A stretch of 64,000 nucleotides of DNA from the human T2T-CHM13v2.0 reference genome, Homo sapiens: the NCBI RefSeq assembly GCF_009914755.1, contig NC_060926.1; one strand, given 5' to 3'. The notes below the pieces were generated by a model that worked only from the letters and a program-made list of their open reading frames with translations, did not search any database and was not told the origin of the DNA. Position numbers and translations under genes: made by a program. Positions 54,680 through 64,000 of this stretch are shown in pieces; the first letter of the stretch is position 1, and every line of letters starts with the position of its first letter.

Positions 54680-56215
54680 TGCCCACTTTTTAATGTTGTT
54701 TTTTTTTTCTTGCAAATTCATTTAAGTTCCTTATAGATGCTGGATGTTAGACCTTTGCCAGATGGGTAGATTGCAAAAATTTTCTCCCATTCTGTAGGTT
54801 GTCTGTTCACTCTGATGATAGTTTCTTTTGCTGTGCAGAAGCACACCTGAAATTAATTAGATCCTGTTTGTCAATTTTTGCTTTTGTTGCAATTGCTTTT
54901 GATGTTTTTGTCATGAAGCCTTTGCCCGTGCCTGTCTTGAATGGTATTGCGTATATTTTCTTCTAGGGTTTTTACAGTTTGGGGTTTTACATTTAAGTCT
55001 CTAATCCATCTTGAGTTAATTTTTGTAAAGGGTGTAAGGAAGGGGTCCAGTTTCAATTTTCTGCATATGGCTAGCCAGTTCTCCCAGCACCATTTATTAA
55101 ATAGGGAATCCTTTCCCCATTACTTGCTTTGGTCAGATTTGTTAAAGATCAGATGGTTGTAGATGTGTGGTCTTATTTCTGAGTTTTCTAGTCTGTTCCA
55201 TTGGTCTATATCCCTATTTTTGTATCAGTACCATGCTGTTTTGGTTACTATAGTCTTATAGCATAGTTTGAAGTTGGGTACCATGATGCCTCCAGCTTTG
55301 TTCTTTTTGTTTAGGATTGTCTTGGCTATACAAGCTCTTTTTGGTTTCCATATGAATTTTAAAGTAGTTTTTTCTAATTCTGTGAAGAATGTCAATGGTA
55401 GTTTAATGGGAATAGCATTGAATCTATAAATTACTTCGGGAAGTATGGCCATTTTCATGATAATGATTTTTTTCCATCCATGAGCATGGAATGCTTTTCC
55501 ATTTGTGTCCTCTCTGATTTCTTTGAGCAGTGGTTTGTAGTTCTCCTTGATAAGGTCCTTCACTTGCCTTACTAGCTATATTCCTAAGTATCTGACTCTC
55601 TTTGTAGAAATTTTGAGTGGAAATTCATTCATGATTTAGCTCTTTGCTTGTCTGTTGATGTATAGGAATGCTTGTGACTTTTGTATCCTGACACTTTGCT
55701 GAGGTTGCTTATCAGCTTAAGAAGCTTTTGGGCCAAGATGATGGGGTTTTCTAGATATAGGATCTAGAAGACATCCTTATCTTGTGTCAGTTTTCAAGGG
55801 GAATGCTTCCAGATTTTGCCCATTCAGTATGATATTGGATATGGGTTTGTCATAAATGGCTTTTATTATTTTGTTATTTCTTATTATTTTATTATTTTGA
55901 GGTATGTTCCATCAATACCTAGTACATTCCTATGTACATTCCTAGTACAATACCTATGTACATTCTGTTGTTTTCGGGTAGAGAGTTCTGTAGATATCTA
56001 TCAGGTCCACTTGATCCAGAGCTGACTTCAAGTCCTGAATATCCTTGTTAATTTTCTGTCTCGATGATCTGTCTAATATTGACAGTGGGGTGTTAAAGTC
56101 TCCCGCTGTTATTGTGTGGGAGTCTGCATCTCTTTGTAGGTCTCCAAGAACTTGTTTTATGAATCTAGGTGCTCCTTTATTGGGTGCATATATATTTAAA
56201 ATAGTTAGCTCTTTA

Positions 56216-56869
<654 letters not shown>

Positions 56870-57208
56870 TTATTTTGCAGGCTTGTTGAGGTTGCTGCTT
56901 CATAATATCGTTGGTCTTTGTATTTCAGTCTGTTTTTGTAGTGGCTGATAACAGTTTTTCCTTTCCATAGTTAGTGTTTCCTTCAGGAGCTCCTGCAAGT
57001 CCTGGTGCTGATGAATCCCCTCAGCATTTACTTGTCTGAAAAGGATTTTATTTCTCCTTTGCTTATGAAGTTTAGTTTGGCCAGATAGGAAATTCTGGGT
57101 TGCAAATTCTTTTCTTTAAGAGTATTGAATATTGGCCTCCAATCTCTTCTGGCTTGTAGGGTTTCTGGGGAGAGGTCCACTGTTAGTCTGATGGGCTTTC
57201 CTTTGTAG

Positions 57209-57526
<318 letters not shown>

Positions 57527-59348
57527 TGCCCTTAACATTTTTTCCTTCATTTCAACCTTGGAGAATCTGATGATTATGTGTCTTGAGGTTGATCTTCTCA
57601 TGGAGTACCTTATTGGAGTTCTCTGGATTTCCTGAATTTGAATGTTGGCTTGTCTTGCTAGGTTGGGGAGGTTCTCCTGGATGATATCCTGAAGTGTGTT
57701 TTCCAACTTGGTTCCATTCTACCCATCTCTTTCAGGTACCCCAATCAGTCATAGGTTCAGTCTTTTTACATAATCCTGTAGTTCTCAGAGGTTTTGTTCA
57801 TTCTTTTTCATTTTTTTTTCCTCTAATCTTGTCTGCCTGTCTTATTTCAGCAAGATAGTCTTCAAGCTCTGAAATTCTTTCCTCTGCTTGGTCTATTTGG
57901 CCATTGATACTTGTGAAGTTCTCGTGTTGTGTTTTTCAGAACCATCAGGTCATTTATGTGGCTCTCTAAACTGGTTACTCTGGTTAACAGCTCCTGTAAT
58001 GTTTTATCATGGTTCTTAGCTTCTTTGCATTGGGTTAGAACGTGCTCCTTTAGCTCAGCAAAGTTTGTTATTACCCACTTTCTGAAGCCTACTTCTGTCA
58101 GTTAATCCATCTCGGCCTCAGCCCAGTTCTGTGCCCTTGGTGGAGATGTGTTGTGATCATTTGGAGGAGAAGAGGCACTCTGGTTTTTTGAGTTTTCAGC
58201 ATTTTTGGCAGATTCTTTCTCATCTTCATGGGTTTATCTTGTTTTGGTCTTTGAGGCTGCTGACATTTGGATGGGATTTTTGTGGAAACTTTTTAGTTGA
58301 TGCTGTTGCTGTTGTTGCTTTGTTTATTTCTCAATAGTCAGACCCTTCTTTTGTAGGGCTGCTGCAGTTTGCTGGGGATCCTCTCCAGACCCCATTCACC
58401 TGGATCCCTCCTGCCCCTGGAGGTGTTACCAGTGGAGGCTGCAGAACAGCAAAGATGGCTGCCTGCTCCTTCATCTGGGAGATCCGTCTCAAAGGGGTGC
58501 TGACCTGATGCCAGCAAGAACGTGCCTGTTTAAGATTTCTGCTGACCCCTGTTGAGGGGTCTCACCCAGTCAGGAAGCACAGGATCAGGGACCCACTTAA
58601 CAAAGCACTCTGGCTGACTCTTAGCAGAGGGCATGCGCTGCACTTGCGGGGGATCCCACTCATCCAGACTGCCCGATTCCTTAAAGCCAGCCAGGGGAGA
58701 GACCAAGTCCACTATTCAGTGGATACCACAGCAGCCCCTCCCCGCAAGGGGCTCCATCCCAGGGACATCCAGCCCCTGGCTGGAGTTGCTGAAATTCCAG
58801 CGGGGAGGCCCTGCCTGGTGAGGAGGGATGGGTCTGGGTTTAGCCTAAAGAGGCAGTCTGGCCACGATCTGCCACAGCCGCTGTGGTGCACTGTGGGGAA
58901 TTCCTCCTGGGCCCAAACTGCCCAGTCTCCACGACTCCAGCAGGGGAAAATGGCAGACTGGAACTCCAGTGATGGCGGCCACCCCTTTCCCCAGGAGCTC
59001 GGTAGTCTTAGGCAGTCTCCAGTGTAGAGGCCGCCAAGAATCTGCACAGCTCTGTGCTTGAGACCCAAGGCCCTGGTGGTGTGGGCTCACGAGGGAATCG
59101 CCTGATCTGTGTATAGCACAGATCCATGGAAAAAGCGTGGTTTCCTGGGTAGGGTAGCACAATCACTCACCGCCTCTTTTGGCTGAGAATGAGAGGTCCC
59201 CTTGCCCTGTGCCGCTCCCAGGTGGGCAGGCGCTCCACCCTGCTTTTCCTCACTCTCCTTGGGACTGCCTAGTCAGTCCCACTGAGAGAACCTGGACACC
59301 TCAGTTGCTGGTGCAGGATTCACTCACCATTTTCATTCTCCTTGGTGA

Positions 59349-59700
<352 letters not shown>

Positions 59701-60788
59701 GACCTCAGCTGTTTCTAGTCAGCCATCTTGGTCCCTCCCCGGATTTATTACTTTTAATGAGTACAATTTCTTATGTTGGTCCTAAAGTTTTGCAGGCATC
59801 TCAAACTGGAATCATTCTCTTTCTCTAACGTGCTTCCCCCCTAGTTCCCTGTCTCAATGGGCAGGCAACACCCCCCATCACCCCAGCTGTTGGGGCACTG
59901 TGTTCAGCACCTCTTCCTCCCCACCCCTTATACCTAAATTGCCATGTCCTGGCAACTCTACCCACTTGCTATCACTACCACAAAGCTAGTTCAGGCAGTT
60001 GTTCTCTCTCCCCTAAGAAACTGTGGCAATTTTTTAGCTGCTCACCTCACAGGGAACTCATGTTCCCTGAATACATCCTCCCTGGTCTAGCCAGAGTGGC
60101 CTGTACACACCTGACCACATTCCTACTGGGCTTTAGGGTAAGGCCCAAGCTCCTGGGCACAACCTGCAAAGCCTGTTGTAGCACCTGCCCCACTGCACTG
60201 TCAGATCCTTGAGAACAGGCTTCGTTTTATTTCTCTTTATAGCTCCTATGATCAGCCAGAAACTCACTCATTGTTACATAAGTGAATAAAGTGTTTAAAA
60301 ATCAAAACAATGTTTGATCTATTGAGAAAACCAGAATATTTAAACTCATAGACTTAAACTATCAAACATCAGAGACAAGTCAGGACCCTGCTGAGCCCAT
60401 GGCTGCCCTTTTGTAACTGGCAGAGGGTTGGCCAAATGTGCATGGCCACACCAATGGCTCCTGTCTCTGACCTTCCTTTGGATTTGGAATTAACTGAGTC
60501 CTGGAGTGAGTCCCTGGGCTATTTCTAGAAATTGCCATCTTTCTCCGGAGTGGTCTCCACTGACATCTGACACACTTAAACGATGTGGCTGCTCAAGAGA
60601 GCCTGTGCTAATCTATTTTAGAGAAACCATCCTCAGAAATGCATCTTCCAGTGAAAGACTTATCCAAAAATCATGGAACTGGCCAATCACACCAGCCCTG
60701 CTCTCACATAGGCTTTCTTTTCAATCACAGGGGCACCTTCCAATGTTTGCCAAAGAGAAAATGTTCATGACCTGATTTCTGGCACAAG

Positions 60789-61494
60789 TGTAACTGCCCA
60801 AGGGGTTCACCTTCCCCACTGCCTAGACAGAGCCAACTTATCAAGACAGGGGAATTGCAACAGAGAAAAAGTAATTCACACAGAGCTGGCTGTGCAGGAG
60901 ACCAGAGTTTTATTATTACTCAAATCACTCTTCCCAAAACTCAGGGATCAGGGTTTTTAAGGATAATTTGTTGGGTAGGGGGCCAGTGAATCGGAAGTGC
61001 TGATTGGCTGGCTTAGGGATGAAATCACAGGGAGTTGACTCTGTTCTCTTATGCTGAGTCAGTTACTGGGTGGAGGCCACAGAACTGGTTGGTAGGTCAA
61101 GGTGTGGCCATCCGGTTGTTAGAAATGTGAAAACCTGAAAAGACATCTCAAAAGGCCGATCTTAGGCTCACAATAGTGACGTTGCCTTTAACAGTAACTG
61201 GGGAAGTTGCGAATCTTACGACCTCTGGAATAATGGCTGATAATATTTAGAATTCCAGCCCCTCTCATTCTAACTTGGTGGCTGTTGGGCTTTTAGTTGT
61301 TTTACAAAAACAGTTTAGCTTTGGGAAAGGGCTTTAATTTAAATTATAAATTAAATTCCTTCCCAAGGCTAGTTCGGCCTACCCCCAGGAATGAATAAGG
61401 ACAATTTAGAGGTTAGAAGCAAGATGGAATTGGTTAGGTCTTATGTCGTTCACTGACATAATTTTCTTAGTTACAATTTTTCAAGACGATTTCA
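60789..61494 (-). mobile_element. LTR8-like ERV1 solo LTR
   Basis: TG..CA ends (minus strand starts TGAAATCG, ends GCAGTTACA), AATAAA on minus strand, 4-bp TSD CAAG (60785-60788 and 61495-61498). Confidence 0.85.
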
Positions 61495-62145
61495 CAAGGA
61501 TTGTGCCACATTGACAGGTGGATCTATCTTTCATTGGACAAGCTACTTAACATCTCTGACACTCAGTTTATTCATCTTTAAATGGGAATAAAAATAATAA
61601 GTACCTCACAAAGTTACTGTAAGGATTAATGAGATGAATCGTGTATTGGGTTTAGCATTATATTGTAAAGGTTTTCTGAATGTCACATATGGTCCTTTTT
61701 TTACATGTTGTCTTAAAGCAAGATTTGAGGGAGCAGTGGAAATAGGTGCCAAATTATAAGATAAAAATAAGGAAACAAGAAAACCAGGGTCAAGAGGGAC
61801 ACTGCATCATCTCAAAGAATCATGAGGGCTTCACCTTCCTTATATCACATACCAACTTGGCCCTTCATTTATTTATTCATTCACTCATTCAGTACTTAAC
61901 TCTGAGCATCTCTTCAGCATGGTAGCATAAACAAATGAGTAAAAGACTTTGTGCCTTATGCTAGAAAGAAGAGCCTGGAGATGTCCAACTAAAACTCACT
62001 GCAGCAGGAACTACAAGAGACAGCAGAGGGTGTGCCTGCCAGGGCTTGCAGGGGGGCCGCGTGCGGTAGCCCTTGCCCTTGATGAGCTGGGTTTGCAGTT
62101 ACTTTCCTGTCCTGATGACGTGTCTGCTTTGTGTTCACATTTTAG

Positions 62146-62284
<139 letters not shown>

Positions 62285-63021
62285 TAAGATGGGCTAAGAT
62301 GGGCTTTTCATTTTATGCCTGGCTCTGGTCATTTCCACAGCTGATCTAGACTGTGGGGGAAGAATGCCTTCACGTTGGCCAGCCACAGGTCAGAGGGCAG
62401 GGGAGGTATTCACAGCACTGCCAACTTCATTTTTCATCTCACTTAATCCTCACAACCCCCAGAAAGTAGTCTGTATTCTTGTTTTAGAGATGTGGAAAAG
62501 CAGGCTTAAATAGTCACTTAATTGCTATAAGGTAAGAAAATGAAGACTCAAATGCAGCAGACTAAATTTTACTGTAAGAACTTCCTCAAACTGACACACT
62601 CTCCCATGTATTCATCAAAAATGTGTTGGACTCTTGCTGTGCACCAGCCACTGAACTGGGTTTGCAGTCTGAGCTGGGCACCAAAGATGTAGCATGAATC
62701 AGATGCCCTGCCCTCGCTTCCAGGGGAAGATCTGGAGGCAGGCCATGCCCAGGGCCTGTATAGGGAGTGGGCAGTGCCCCTTGTCAGCCAAGCCATCAAC
62801 CCCATCAATGACATCCTGACACAGGTAGGAAATGGAAATCTGGAGCCTTAAGCTCTACTTCTAACCCTCTTCCTAACTTACTAGTAGACCTGGGAAAACG
62901 CATTTAACCACTCCATGCCTCAATTTCTTCACAATGAAACAGCATTTTTTCCAAGCTCCTGGTATAATAGTGAGGACACCCGAAGGGACCTATTTACTGT
63001 ACATAGAGCTAAACCCTTATG

Positions 63022-63347
<326 letters not shown>

Positions 63348-64000
63348 TAATGAGATGATTGAGTTGAAGCATGAGCAACTTTCTTTCCAATGTTTCTGTT
63401 ATTTTTGCCCTATATATATAGAATTGAAAACTTCTCCCCACTATGCAGCTTAAATGCACACTGTCTGATGGCCCCAAAATGCAGTAACATCCCTCAGTCC
63501 CCACCTCCCTGCACTGGGCCCTCGTGCCTCATTTCTTCTCATTCATTTGTGTTCATCACTTCCTCTCCCAAAGGCACATTTGGTTGTTTCTCTGTCTACA
63601 CTCTTGGTCCCAGCTCCTCAGCAAACTCTGCTAATAAGTGATGGTCAATAATTTTCAAAGAGATTGAGTCCCCATTATGGCAAACCCACACAGCCCTTGA
63701 ACCCCACCTTCTGAGATTTCGGCAATGGAAGGAAGATCCCAGAGCATCCCAACAGATATTTATTTCCTCCAACCATTTTAACTCGGTGCTGGGGCCCCAG
63801 GAAGTGTGATATGGCTTCAGAGGCATCAGAAAGTTCCATCCTACTCAAATACCTTTCTCCTAACTAGCCCTTTGTCAATGCCTGCGTCGCACCACTGGAG
63901 ACTTAGTCCTCTAAGTTAAGGCATTGCTCCTTATTTAAAAGAACAAAGAACACTATTAGGATCTTGAAACGTCTGTATGTTTTAATAGTTTATTTCCCAT

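Noticed and set aside
62285-62304. TAAGATGGGC x2 right after the exon 2 donor
   Set aside because: Short slippage duplication; the second copy lacks GT so it creates no donor

Overview
Human (primate) genomic DNA, recognisable as the VWA3B-CNGA3 interval. It holds the last two coding exons and 3'UTR of VWA3B (+; about 4.0-5.5 kb), then about 33 kb of repeat-dense intergenic DNA. A CpG-island promoter with the non-coding first exon of the cone CNG channel gene CNGA3 follows (about 38.4-40.2 kb), then a 23.4-kb intron 1 and the first coding exon ([33 protein letters not shown].., 62146-62283). Almost all ORFs in the supplied track are spurious or derive from Alu, L1 or MaLR elements. I see no evidence for a new protein-coding system. 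The strongest leads are cis-regulatory: a perfect-half-site, long-spacer REST site just inside intron 1; a tandem RFX X-box/NeuroD/CRX-type cluster; tandem CACGTG E-boxes; and an ATG-TGA start-stop element 12 nt before the CNGA3 start. There are also mutational fossils: an Alu with a twin-priming-type 5' inversion, a templated end-joining scar in an L1, a 170-bp templated duplication, and deep transposon nests with intact TSDs. Repeat subfamily names come from recall of consensus sequences and need RepeatMasker/Dfam confirmation.
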